From assembly GCA_965243135.1 (NCBI GenBank), contig OZ251539.1:1440001-1504000 (forward strand): a stretch of 64,000 bases of DNA, read 5' to 3'. The translations under genes were made by a program, and so were the position numbers. Under the pieces are notes generated by a model that was not told the DNA's origin, made no database searches, and saw only the letters and a program-made list of their open reading frames with translations. How positions within the stretch are numbered: position 1 is the stretch's first letter; the number at the start of each line of letters is the position of its first letter. Of the stretch, positions 30,152 to 39,594 are shown piece by piece. Origin of the DNA: Alphaproteobacteria bacterium (lineage in GTDB: Bacteria > Pseudomonadota > Alphaproteobacteria > MPNO01 > UBA830).

Positions 30152-30315
30152 TCTCCGGGACTTCGCGAGAAACCTGTTGCCGGGTGCCAACCAGAGGGGC
30201 GGCGTAGGCCGCGGCAGTACCCGAAACGAACGCGCCCTCCCGGTCAAGGACGTCTGGTTGAAGCCCCTGCCTGGAGGCAGGCCTCAACGTCGCCACCCCA
30301 CGACCGAACGCTTAC
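30152..30315 (+). repeat. Decayed inverted copy of the DUF4338 3' end plus IS end
   Basis: Encodes ..ERALPVKDVWLKPL versus ..ERALPVKDIWLKPL in the intact gene. Aligns, with small gaps, to the reverse complement of about 27522-27705. Confidence 0.85.
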
Positions 30316-30323
30316 GATCAGCC

Positions 30324-30916
30324 TTGCGGATTGCGAGGCTCCGCAGCGGTTCGAGACTTGCGGCCCGCCGCTGCCGGGGGCCGAGGTCAGGATTGCCGAT
30401 CCGGCGACCGGGGAGGAACTTCCCGTCGGCGAAATCGGCCAGATAGAAACCCGGGGGCCGATGGTCATGCGCGGATATTTCGACAATCCGGAGGCCACTC
30501 GAGAAACCATCGGCGAGGACGGCTGGATGCGGACGGGCGATCTCGGCCGCCTGACGCCCGACGGAAATATCGTCGTCGCCGGCGGTCGCCTTCGCGACAT
30601 GATCATTCGCGGCGGCGAGAACGTCTATCCCGTCGAGATCGAAAACACGCTTCGCGCGCATCCGGCGGTTTCCGACATCGCCGCGTTCGGACTTCCCGAC
30701 AGGTATTACGGCGAAACGGTCGCCGCGGCCGTCTCGCTGGCCGCGGAAGCGTCGGCCGAGGAACTCCGGCGCTACTGCGGAAGGCGAATTGCCCGTTTCA
30801 AGCTTCCGGCGCGGTTTTACCGCGTCGACTCGTTCCCTCTGACGGCCAGCGGCAAGATCAGAAAGGCCGAGTTGCAGGAACTGGCGCGAGCGGAACGGCT
30901 CGAGGTCCTCGAATGA
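30324..30916 (+). pseudogene. Acyl-CoA synthetase, 3' part after IS66 insertion
   Basis: G.PLPG.EVRI, MRGYF, GWMRTGDLG, RDMIIRGGENVYP.EIE, P.TASGKI.K. Joins the 5' part in frame when the IS and one TSD copy are removed. Confidence 0.88.
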
Positions 30917-30926
30917 TGCGGGCAGG

Positions 30927-31547
30927 TCAGGTTGCAGGCGGCTCCCAGTTGCCGCGCGCCAGCCAGTGTTCGAGCATCCACAGCCGGTCGACGCCCCAGA
31001 TCGGCTCGCCATCGACGATGAAGTAAGGCGAGCCGAAAACCTTCCTCTCCACGGCGCGTTCCACCGCCGCCCGAAGCAGGCCCTTCACCCGGTCGTCGCG
31101 CAGTGCGGCGCGCAACGCGGCTCCGTCGAGTCCCAGCGCTGCGGCTTCATCGACGACCGCATCCGGATGCGTGATGTCGCGCCCTTCCGCCCAAAGGCGG
31201 CGCAACAAACGGTCCGCAAGCCGTTTCGCCAACTCGGGATCCCGCTCTTGCGTCCATAGGTACGCGCGCGAGGCGGCCAGCGAATTCACGTTCTTCATGT
31301 CCGGGGTCGCCAGCGGCGCGCCGAGAAGACGCGCCATCCGCGGCAGGTCGACAGCTGCGTAGTCCGACTTGAGCGGGGTTTGCATGATCGGCTTCAGCCC
31401 CATCACCTCCATCACCGTGACGCCGAGCAGGAAGGGGCGCCATTCGACCGTTCGGCCGTATCGGCCGGCAAGCGTTTCGATCCTGGTCGCGGCGAGATAC
31501 CCGTAGGGCGAGATGAAGTCGAAATAGAATTCTATGGGTTGCGGCAT
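30927..31547 (-). CDS. 2-hydroxychromene-2-carboxylate isomerase / kappa-GST (DsbA family)
   Basis: IEFYFDFISPYGYLA, VFGSPYFIVDGE..WG.DRL. Confidence 0.85.
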   Translation of the reverse strand: MPQPIEFYFDFISPYGYLAATRIETLAGRYGRTVEWRPFLLGVTVMEVMGLKPIMQTPLKSDYAAVDLPRMARLLGAPLATPDMKNVNSLAASRAYLWTQERDPELAKRLADRLLRRLWAEGRDITHPDAVVDEAAALGLDGAALRAALRDDRVKGLLRAAVERAVERKVFGSPYFIVDGEPIWGVDRLWMLEHWLARGNWEPPAT

Positions 31548-31683
31548 GTCGCTGCTTCTCCGGCGGTCAGGCCGAGCGCCTCGAAGGGCGCAGCTTTCGG
31601 GGCGCGGGAGATCGTCTTCGACGTTTCGCGGCACGAAGAGCGAAGACTCGCGGCTTGTCGGCAGGACGCGCCGTCGCGGCCGT

Positions 31684-32889
31684 TCATTCCGGCCGGCGCT
31701 GGATCGCGCCCCGTTCGGCCAGATCTTCGATCTCGTCTTCGCCGAATCCGAGAACCGAGCGGAGGATTTCCGTCGTGTGCTCGCCGAGGAGAGGCGACGG
31801 CCGCGGAGGGCTTCGGTCGGCGTCCGAGAACAGGACCGGTTGGCGAACGAGAGGAATTTCGCCGAGGGACGGATGGCGGATTCGGGCCGACATCTTGCGA
31901 TATGCGATGTGTTCGCCGTCCGCCACGTCGCCGACCGACAGGACGGGCCCCGCAGGAATCCCTATCGCATCGAGCGTCTCGACGACCTTTTCGGAAGGCA
32001 ACCGCGAGGTCCATGCCGCGATCTCCGATCTGAGCGCGCTTTCGTTCGCGTTGCGGTCGGCGTTGGTCCGGTATCTCTCGTCCGTCGCCAGATCCGGGCG
32101 GCCGATCGCCTTGCAAAAGGCCTGGAACGCCCGGTCGGTGGTGACTACCAGAACGACGTGCCCGTCGGCGGTCTCGAACGCGTCGACCGGATAGGTCACG
32201 GGATGGCGGCTCCCGATTCTGACCGGCGACTTGTCGGCGTAGAACTGAATCCCGAGGACCGTCAGCATCATGGAATACACCGAATCCAGCATGGCGACGT
32301 CGAGATAGCGCCCTTTGCCGGTTCGCTCCCGAGCGAAAAGGGCGGTCGAGATGCCCCAGGCGGCGAACATGCCGGCGCATACGTCGACGACCGATTCCCC
32401 GACCGCCGTGGGCGGGCCGTCGCGCTGGCCCGTGACGTGCATCAACCCGCTCATCGCCTGCACGATAAGGTCGTACGCGGGCCGGTCGGCGAGCGGTCCG
32501 TCCTGTCCGAACCCGGAAATGCTGGCGTAAACGAGTCTGGGGTTGACCGGCTCGAGCGACGCGTAGTCGAGTCCGAGGCGTTTGGCGACGCCCGGACGGA
32601 AGTTTTCGACGACGACGTCGCAGGACGCCGCCAGCGCAACCGCGACGTCCCGACCCGATTTGAGATCCAGGGCCATACTCTTCTTGCCGCGGTTGAGCAG
32701 CATGAAATAGGCGCTCTCGCCGTCGGCGAACGGACCGAAATGGCGGCTGTCGTCGCCTCTGCCCGGCATTTCTATCTTGATGACTTCGGCGCCGAGATCC
32801 GCGAGCATGGCGGAGCAGAACGGTCCGGACATCACGCGCGAGAGGTCCAGCACGCGAACGCCCTCCAGCAGAAGATCCCCGGCGGCCAT
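31684..32889 (-). CDS. CoA transferase family III (CaiB/BaiF)
   Basis: VLDLSRV.SGP, LADLGAEVIK.E, NRGK.S, ENFRPG, AYD..VQA.SG, P.LGEHT. Confidence 0.9.
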   Translation of the reverse strand: MAAGDLLLEGVRVLDLSRVMSGPFCSAMLADLGAEVIKIEMPGRGDDSRHFGPFADGESAYFMLLNRGKKSMALDLKSGRDVAVALAASCDVVVENFRPGVAKRLGLDYASLEPVNPRLVYASISGFGQDGPLADRPAYDLIVQAMSGLMHVTGQRDGPPTAVGESVVDVCAGMFAAWGISTALFARERTGKGRYLDVAMLDSVYSMMLTVLGIQFYADKSPVRIGSRHPVTYPVDAFETADGHVVLVVTTDRAFQAFCKAIGRPDLATDERYRTNADRNANESALRSEIAAWTSRLPSEKVVETLDAIGIPAGPVLSVGDVADGEHIAYRKMSARIRHPSLGEIPLVRQPVLFSDADRSPPRPSPLLGEHTTEILRSVLGFGEDEIEDLAERGAIQRRPE

Positions 32890-33250
32890 CAGACTTCGCC
32901 CGCTCTCGGCGTTCCCGCTCCTCCGGCGGGCGCAGGCGAAAAATTCCCGCGAACGGCAGGCGGACGGACCGGACCGGGCGGTGGCGCCGCGATGCGCCGA
33001 CTGTGCGGCATGCAGATCCTCGTTATTCGCGAGGAAAGCATAACGGAACCGGCGCGCGCCATCCACCGGCCGGCTGCGGAAATCGTCGGCGCGTTTTTCG
33101 GCGGCCGGTTCCTGCCGACGCAACGGAGTCGCGCGCTGCGAGACGGCGATCGCGTTTCCGAGCGACGGTCGCCAAGGCCGCCGGCTCCGGATTCGCAGCC
33201 GTTCCGGCGACGCGGAGGGACGGCGGTTCGCGCTCGTAGCCCTCCGTCTG

Positions 33251-33279
33251 TTGCGCATGCGACCGGCGCTCGTTAGACT
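33251..33279 (+). promoter_or_regulatory. Putative sigma70 promoter of TRAP operon
   Basis: TTGCGC-17 nt-TAGACT upstream of a GGAGG RBS and dctP. Confidence 0.45.
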
Positions 33280-33305
33280 GCCGACGGCAAACAGGGAGGC
33301 GGGAC

Positions 33306-34328
33306 ATGATCTCGAAATGCACGAAAATTGCGCTTTCGGCCGCTGGCGCCGTCGCCGCGCTTTCGGTCGGCGCGGAAGCGCAGACCTTTCGTTACAGCCA
33401 GTGGCTGCCGGTCGGACACTTCTCGCAGAGCGAGGTAATGCACGTCTGGTTCAAGGATATCGAGAAGGCGACGGAGGGCAGGGTGAAGATCCAGCCGACC
33501 GCGAAGGGTCTTGGAGCTCCGCCGCGCCAGTACCAGCTCGCCATCGACGGAATCGCCGACGTCGCATGGGCTCCCCATGGTTACACGCCGGGCGTGCATC
33601 CGCTGAGCGAGATGGCGGAATTGCCGTTTGTCACGCGCAGCACGGAAGCGAATTCAGTAGCTTATTGGAAAGTGTTCAAGAAGTATCTTCAGCCGGGCGG
33701 CATGCACAAGGAAGTGCATACGCTCACCGTGCACGTTCACCCCGCCGGGCACCTCTACAACAACAAGCGCGAGGTTCTGCAACTCGACGACCTGAAGGGG
33801 ATCAAGTTCAGAATCCCGAACCGGATGGTCTCCGAGGCGCTCAAGATGTTCGGAGCCGTTCCGGTGGCCGGTCCCGTGACGCAGCTGCGGAACGGATTGG
33901 CGAAGGGAGTCTATGACGGCACCGGTTTCACGGACGAGGCGGTCTACAATTTCAAGATCAGCAAGTTCATCAAGTACGTGACCAGGTTTCCGGGCGGCCT
34001 CTACAACACCAGTTTCTTTTGCGTGATGAACAAGAACGCATGGAACAAGGTCGCCAAGGAAGATCAAGCCGCCGTCATGAAGCTGTCCGGCGCGGCGTTC
34101 GGCGAACGGCTGGGCGTCGTCTGGGATCGTTACGACAACGCCGCTCCGGCGAAACTGAAGGCGGACGGCGCCAAGTATCACGTTTTGGAGGGATCGGCGC
34201 TGGCCAAGGCCAAGTCGACCCTCGCGGCGTTCGAACGGAACTGGATCGCCAAGGCGAAGGAAAAGGGCGTGGACGGCGGCGCCGCGCTCGAAATGTTCCG
34301 CGCCGAAGTCGCGGCGCACGGCACCTGA
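33306..34328 (+). CDS. dctP: TRAP transporter substrate-binding protein (DctP family)
   Basis: Signal peptide, T.GRVKI, G.ADVA, YTPG..P, ELPF, DLKG.K.R. Confidence 0.88.
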   Translation: MISKCTKIALSAAGAVAALSVGAEAQTFRYSQWLPVGHFSQSEVMHVWFKDIEKATEGRVKIQPTAKGLGAPPRQYQLAIDGIADVAWAPHGYTPGVHPLSEMAELPFVTRSTEANSVAYWKVFKKYLQPGGMHKEVHTLTVHVHPAGHLYNNKREVLQLDDLKGIKFRIPNRMVSEALKMFGAVPVAGPVTQLRNGLAKGVYDGTGFTDEAVYNFKISKFIKYVTRFPGGLYNTSFFCVMNKNAWNKVAKEDQAAVMKLSGAAFGERLGVVWDRYDNAAPAKLKADGAKYHVLEGSALAKAKSTLAAFERNWIAKAKEKGVDGGAALEMFRAEVAAHGT

Positions 34329-34340
34329 TCCGGCGAGCCG

Positions 34341-34362
34341 GCCGCCCCGCCTGAGGGGCGGC
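34341..34362 (+). other. GC stem-loop between dctP and dctQ
   Basis: GCCGCCCC-6 nt-GGGGCGGC with no U-tract; may stabilise the dctP mRNA. Confidence 0.4.
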
Positions 34363-34379
34363 GGCGACTTCGCGGAAAC

Positions 34380-34910
34380 ATGAACCGACGCATGCCCGGG
34401 CCGGAGCGCTGGTTGGCTTGCCTCACCCGCGCTCTCGACCGCTCGCTCGGGCGTGCGGTCGCCGCCATCATGTTCGCGATGATGGCCTTGACGTTCTGCG
34501 ACGTCGTCGGCCGGCAGGGCTTCGATTCGCCCATCAGCGGTGCCAACGAATTGACGGAGATCGGTCTCGGCTTCGTCGTCTATTTGGGATTGCCGCTCGT
34601 CTGCCTGCGCCGGGAGCACATAACCATCGGCCTCATGGCCGGACTGTTTCGGGGGGCGGCGCTGAGAGCGCAGCACGTCGCGCTCAACCTGATATTCGCG
34701 GCGGTTTCGTTCGTCTGGGCGCGTGAGGTCTGGAGGCAGGCGGGGGCGCTCCGGGATTCGAACTCCGAGTTCATGTTCCTTCAGATCGACGTCTCGCCGT
34801 TCGTCTACGTAATGAGCGCGTTCACCTTCTTCGCGGCGCTGATCTTTCTTTTTCTCGCGTGGTGCTATCTGCGGGGCGCGGCTCCGAAGTCCTCGGGGGA
34901 GGGCGGTTAG
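34380..34910 (+). CDS. dctQ: TRAP small permease (DctQ)
   Basis: Four TM helices, DVVGR, G..EL, HI.I. Confidence 0.85.
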   Translation: MNRRMPGPERWLACLTRALDRSLGRAVAAIMFAMMALTFCDVVGRQGFDSPISGANELTEIGLGFVVYLGLPLVCLRREHITIGLMAGLFRGAALRAQHVALNLIFAAVSFVWAREVWRQAGALRDSNSEFMFLQIDVSPFVYVMSAFTFFAALIFLFLAWCYLRGAAPKSSGEGG

Positions 34911-34913
34911 GCC

Positions 34914-36206
34914 GTGGAAGCCGTCGTCGTCGCCTTCGCCGCGCTCTTCGCGCTTTTGTTTCTGCAGGTTCCGATTTCGTTCGGGATGGCGATCGTGGGC
35001 ACGATCGGCTTCGGCTACTATGTCGGGTTTGGACCGGCGTTCCGCAGCATCGGCAGCACGGCCGTCGACACGGTCATGGTCTACGATTTTTCCGTGCTTC
35101 CGCTTTTCATCCTGATGGGCAATTTCGTCGCGCGATCCGGCATTTCCCACGACCTGTACGAGGCGTCGAACGCCTGGCTCGGCCACCGGCGCGGCGGCCT
35201 CGCCATGGCCACGGTCGTCGCCTGCGGGGGATTCAGCGCGGTTTGCGGCTCGAGTCTCGCCACGGTCGCCACGATGTCGAAGGTCGCCATCCCTTCGATG
35301 CGCAAGTTCGGTTACGACGAACGCCTCGCGACGGGCTCGATCGCGGCCGGCGGCACGCTCGGCATTCTGATTCCGCCGAGCGTCGCGCTGGTGTTCTACG
35401 GAATCATGACCGAAACCGACATCGGGCAACTCTTTGCCGCAGGTATCGTGCCCGGCGTTCTCGGCATCTTTCTGTACGCGGCGGCCGTCGCGGTGATGAC
35501 CCGCATCAATCCCGAGCTGGGCCCGCCCGGAGAGCGTCTTCCCTGGCGCGAGAGATTTGGCGCGCTGCGCGGAATCTGGGGAATGCTTCTGCTTTTCCTG
35601 ATCGTCATGGGCGGCATATACGGCGGCGTTTTCACGCCCACGGAAGCCGCCGGAATAGGCGCGTTCGGCGCTTTCGCGATCGCCTTGCTGCGCGGCCGCC
35701 TCACGCTCGCGATCACGCTCGACGCCCTTGCCGAAACCGGGCGGACGACGGCCATGCTTCTGGCTTTGCTGATCGGCTCTTTGCTTTTCGCCAATTTCAT
35801 CAACGTCGCCCGGGTCCCCAACGAGATCGCCGACTGGTTCGCGAGCATAAACGCGACGCCGATCATGGTGGTCGTCGTCTGCATCGCCGTCTACATCCTG
35901 CTGGGATGCATTCTCGAAAGCATTTCGATGATGCTGCTGACCGTGCCGGTGTTCTATCCGGTCATGCAGTCGCTCGGGCTCGACCTCGTATGGTTCGGCA
36001 TCGTCGTGGTGGTGGTGATCGAGATCAGCCTGATTACGCCGCCGATCGGGCTCAACGTGTTCGTTCTGAAGTCGATGCTTCCGGAAGTGGAACTTACGCG
36101 GATATTTCGCGGCGTCCTGCCGTTCATTGCCGCCGACATCGTACGAGTAACGCTGATCGTCGCGGTTCCGGGGATTTCGCTTTTCCTGCCGCGCCTCATG
36201 GAATAA
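34914..36206 (+). CDS. dctM: TRAP large permease (DctM)
   Basis: PLFILMG, GGLA.A, GSS.AT, GGTLGILIPPS, TPTEA, ITPPIG.N. Confidence 0.92.
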   Translation: MEAVVVAFAALFALLFLQVPISFGMAIVGTIGFGYYVGFGPAFRSIGSTAVDTVMVYDFSVLPLFILMGNFVARSGISHDLYEASNAWLGHRRGGLAMATVVACGGFSAVCGSSLATVATMSKVAIPSMRKFGYDERLATGSIAAGGTLGILIPPSVALVFYGIMTETDIGQLFAAGIVPGVLGIFLYAAAVAVMTRINPELGPPGERLPWRERFGALRGIWGMLLLFLIVMGGIYGGVFTPTEAAGIGAFGAFAIALLRGRLTLAITLDALAETGRTTAMLLALLIGSLLFANFINVARVPNEIADWFASINATPIMVVVVCIAVYILLGCILESISMMLLTVPVFYPVMQSLGLDLVWFGIVVVVVIEISLITPPIGLNVFVLKSMLPEVELTRIFRGVLPFIAADIVRVTLIVAVPGISLFLPRLME

Positions 36207-36261
36207 GGCCGGCGGGCCGTCGGTTGCGAATCGGCGGCGCTGGCGCCTGGCTTTCGGCGGT

Positions 36262-36858
36262 TTACCGGGCCTCGATGGCTGGATCGGGCACGACGCTGAT
36301 CAGCACGTTCAGGTCGCCGGGTCCGCCGCCGCCGAATCCCTCGATGCCGAAGCCGCGCACGGTGACGACGTCGCCGTTCGACGCGCCCTGGGGAACGTCG
36401 ATGGCCACGGTCAACCCGGTCATCGTGTTGACGAGCTTGCACGCGCCTTCGCGCGCTTCGGTTTCGGTGACTTCCAGGTTCTCGGCGAGGTCTTCCCCCC
36501 TCATCCAGAGGGAAGTCGCCGCCGCGCCCTTGACGCGCCCGAGCCTGGTTCCTGCGATATCGCCGTACAGGTCGATGGTGCGTTCGCCGGTCGCCTCGTC
36601 GATCTCGAATTCGAACCAGGCGCCGCCTTTCTCCCACGGCCGCGGTTCGCCGGTCGCCGCGGAGCGGTCGTAGGCGACGCGTCTGCCGTTGTCCGCGAGC
36701 AGATTGTATGCGGCCGTCACTTCCTTGAAGCGCTCCGCGGCCGCCTCGTCGCCCGCATTCGCGTCCGGATGCAGTTCCTTCGCGAGTTTCCTGTATGCGC
36801 GCTTGATTTCGTCGAGCGGAGCCTTGCGATCGACCCCGAGAATTTCGTAAGGGGACAT
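36262..36858 (-). CDS. Short DnaJ-domain protein (J domain + DnaJ C-terminal fragment)
   Basis: PYEILGV, IKRAYRKLAKELHPD, GGPGDL.V. No zinc finger. Confidence 0.8.
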   Translation of the reverse strand: MSPYEILGVDRKAPLDEIKRAYRKLAKELHPDANAGDEAAAERFKEVTAAYNLLADNGRRVAYDRSAATGEPRPWEKGGAWFEFEIDEATGERTIDLYGDIAGTRLGRVKGAAATSLWMRGEDLAENLEVTETEAREGACKLVNTMTGLTVAIDVPQGASNGDVVTVRGFGIEGFGGGGPGDLNVLISVVPDPAIEAR

Positions 36859-36864
36859 TCCGGC

Positions 36865-36893
36865 AGTGTCGTCGCCTTGCGGGGCCGGGTCAA
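36865..36893 (-). promoter_or_regulatory. Putative promoter for the J-domain gene (leaderless)
   Basis: TTGACC-17 nt-GACACT, then 6 nt to ATG. Confidence 0.4.
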
Positions 36894-37420
36894 CGCGCGC
36901 CGACCGTGAGATGTCTTGCGTCGGGCGCGGGTTGCGAGGCGCCTTTCGGCGGACGGGCGGACCGCGGAAAGGCGGGGCAGGGGAGAGCCGATCGCCTTCC
37001 GCGACGATCCGCGGCGATTTCTCCTTGCCGCCTCGCCGGGAGCGGCGACCGGGCTCGCGCATTGCCCGTTTCGACGGAGCCCGCGGCCAACGCAGGCTTC
37101 GCCGGAGCGAAAAATCCTGCGGCACGCGCTGCCGGCCGTTGCGATTCGTCGGAACTGCTCTATGAGTGCCGCAGCGGCTCCGGTCGAGCCGCTGCGGTGT
37201 ACCTAACCGCGCTGACAAAGTCCGCGCTCCGCTGCCCAGCCCACGGCATCGGGGCGCGGCGCTTTCGGCAGGAGAAGGGCCGCCCTCGACTTTGGCCTGA
37301 CCGCCTTCCGCCGAACGCCTTGGAACCGGCTCGTTCGGCGAGCCGCGGATCGCCCAACCCAGCGCGCTGACGGAAGCATCTTGCGGGGCTGCGGCATGAC
37401 GCGCAACGGGGGATTTCCCG

Positions 37421-37429
37421 TTATCCACA
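37421..37429 (+). promoter_or_regulatory. Perfect DnaA-box sequence TTATCCACA
   Basis: Exact consensus in an intergenic region; function unproven. Confidence 0.35.
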
Positions 37430-37503
37430 GATTCGCGGAATTTTTGAGGACGGGCGGTGGACAAACCGACGTTCCGGCCGCGTCGGTCGACGGTCGGAAA
37501 AAC

Positions 37504-37578
37504 TGGTGCCGCCGGAGTGGATTGAACACTCGACCTCACCCTTACCAAGGGTGCGCTCTACCACTGAGCTACGGCGGC
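37504..37578 (-). tRNA. tRNA-Thr(GGT)
   Basis: GCCGCCG acceptor stem, TAGCTCAGTGGTAGAGC D-arm, CACCC-TTGGTAA-GGGTG anticodon arm, TTCAAT T-loop, encoded CCA. Confidence 0.95.
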
Positions 37579-37650
37579 ACGCCCGGCAGTCTGCCACTTT
37601 GCGCGCCGAAGTTCAACTGCAATAAAGCGCCGAAGAGGTTATTCTCGGGC

Positions 37651-37803
37651 ATGACCGCATCCGACAAGCTTTCCGAAAAGGACGCCGCGCGCCGTGAACG
37701 CCTGGCCCGACAACTTCGCGAGAACCTGCAACGGCGCAAGCGACAGGCCCGGGCGCGGCGTTCTTCGAATTCGAGCGACGGCGATTCCGGCGATGACGCC
37801 TGA
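37651..37803 (+). CDS. Small basic hypothetical protein upstream of murA
   Basis: RERLARQLRENL.RRK.Q.R, resembling the small protein seen at this position in Alphaproteobacteria. Confidence 0.6.
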   Translation: MTASDKLSEKDAARRERLARQLRENLQRRKRQARARRSSNSSDGDSGDDA

Positions 37804-37881
37804 CGGCGTCGCGAGCGGCGCCGTCCGCCGGTTCGCCGGAATTCCGCCCGGCGCGGCACCGGCCGTTTTCCGGACCGGGTG

Positions 37882-39144
37882 ATGGACAGGATCGTCGTTC
37901 AGGGAGGCAACCCGCTCGTAGGCTCGATCCGGGTGAGCGGCGCGAAGAACGCCGCGCTGCCCCTCATGGCGACGAGTCTGCTGACCGAAGAGACGCTGAC
38001 TCTGGCGAACCTGCCGGAACTCGTCGACATATCGACGATGGCCGAACTGTTGCTTCAGCACGGTGCCGTCGTGACGCGCGAGGCCGACGGACGGCTTCTC
38101 CTGAAAGCCGCCGACATCGACAATCTCGTCGCGCCTTACGATCTCGTGCGCCGCATGCGGGCGTCGATTCTCGTTCTCGGGCCGCTGACCGCGCGTTTCG
38201 GAGAAGCGTCGGTGTCTCTGCCGGGAGGTTGCGCCATCGGCACCCGCCCGGTCGATCTCCACATCGCCGGACTCGAGCGGCTCGGCGCCAGGATCTCGCT
38301 GGACGGAGGATACGTCATGGCGCACGCTCCCGGAGGCCTTCGCGGCGACCGCTTCGTCTTTCCCTCCGTATCGGTGGGCGCGACGGAAAACCTGATGATG
38401 GCGGCGACCCTTGCGAGAGGGGAGACGGCCTTGGAGAACGCGGCTCGCGAACCCGAAATCGTCGACCTCGCGGATTGCCTCGCCGCCATGGGCGCGAAGA
38501 TCGAGGGAGCGGGGACCGGCAAGATCTTCGTTCAGGGCGTCGACCGGCTCGGCGGCGCCGAACACGTCGTGATCGCGGATCGCATCGAAACCGGCACCTA
38601 CGCCATGGCGGCCGCGATGACCGGCGGAAAGCTCGACCTCGTGGGCGCGCGGCCGGAACTCCTGGAAGCGGCGCTCCGGACCCTCGAAGAGGCGGGCCTG
38701 GAGTTCGAGGCGACGGCCCGCGGACTCCGGGCCGGCCTGGCGCGCGGCGGCCTGCGCGGCACGGACGTCGCGACCGGTCCGTATCCCGGGTTTCCCACGG
38801 ATCTGCAGGCGCAGATGATGGTGTTGATGTCGGTGGCTCGCGGCGAATCCACGATCACCGAGACGATCTTCGAGAATCGCTTCATGCACGTTCCCGAACT
38901 GGCGCGGATGGGCGCGAGAGTGGACGTGCGGGGCGCTTCGGCCGTGGTGCGCGGCGTCGGCGGCCTGACCGGCGCGGAGGTGATGGCGACCGATCTGCGG
39001 GCGTCGGTTTCGCTGGTTCTGGCGGGCCTCGCGGCCAGGGGCGAAACCGCGGTGCGGAGGGTGTACCATCTGGATCGGGGATACGAAGCGATCGAGGAAA
39101 AGCTTTCCGGCTGCGGAGCGGTCATCGAGCGGATGAAGGAGTGA
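37882..39144 (+). CDS. murA: UDP-N-acetylglucosamine 1-carboxyvinyltransferase
   Basis: [24 protein letters not shown] (Cys form), [19 protein letters not shown]. Confidence 0.97.
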   Translation: MDRIVVQGGNPLVGSIRVSGAKNAALPLMATSLLTEETLTLANLPELVDISTMAELLLQHGAVVTREADGRLLLKAADIDNLVAPYDLVRRMRASILVLGPLTARFGEASVSLPGGCAIGTRPVDLHIAGLERLGARISLDGGYVMAHAPGGLRGDRFVFPSVSVGATENLMMAATLARGETALENAAREPEIVDLADCLAAMGAKIEGAGTGKIFVQGVDRLGGAEHVVIADRIETGTYAMAAAMTGGKLDLVGARPELLEAALRTLEEAGLEFEATARGLRAGLARGGLRGTDVATGPYPGFPTDLQAQMMVLMSVARGESTITETIFENRFMHVPELARMGARVDVRGASAVVRGVGGLTGAEVMATDLRASVSLVLAGLAARGETAVRRVYHLDRGYEAIEEKLSGCGAVIERMKE

Positions 39145-39147
39145 CGC

Positions 39148-39594
39148 TTGCAGGACGACTCCCTTAAACTCGCCGCCGCCGACGCGGAGGACCTCGATAT
39201 CCTCTCCGCGTTGCTGCAGGACGCGGTCGTTCCGGTCGGCGACATGACCTACATCCCGTCCGAGCGCCGGTTCGTCCTCGTCGCGTGCAGGTTCCGCTGG
39301 GAAGACGCGCCGCGGATGCCCGGGCGCATTTACCAGCGCGTGCGGTGCGGAATCGCCTTCGACAGGGTGTCGGCGGTCCGCCGCCGCAACTTCGACCGTC
39401 GCGAGCGAATGTTCGACATGTTGGCGCTGAAGGCGGGCGACGGGTGTGTGGATCTGGTATTCGCGGGCGGGGCGACGGTTCGGCTCGTGACCGACCGGAT
39501 CGTGTGCCATGCGGAGGATTTCGGCGAGCCGTGGCCGACCCGCTGGCGGCCCGATCACCCGCTCGACGGCGGCAAGCCCGGGGAAGGCGAATGA
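39148..39594 (+). CDS. DUF2948 family protein
   Basis: LAA.DAEDL..LSALLQDAV, RFRWE, D.GEPW.T...P.H. Conserved synteny. Confidence 0.85.
   Translation: MQDDSLKLAAADAEDLDILSALLQDAVVPVGDMTYIPSERRFVLVACRFRWEDAPRMPGRIYQRVRCGIAFDRVSAVRRRNFDRRERMFDMLALKAGDGCVDLVFAGGATVRLVTDRIVCHAEDFGEPWPTRWRPDHPLDGGKPGEGE

Larger units (their letters stand above)
27522..30315 (-). mobile_element. IS66-family element carrying transposase + DUF4338 gene
   Basis: Perfect 22-bp IRs GTAAGCGTTCGGTCGTGGGGTG (27522-27543 and 30294-30315), 8-bp TSD, TnpC-type transposase. Confidence 0.93.

Noticed and set aside
37421-37463. Replication origin
   Set aside because: Only one perfect DnaA box, no AT-rich unwinding element and no origin-typical flanking genes.
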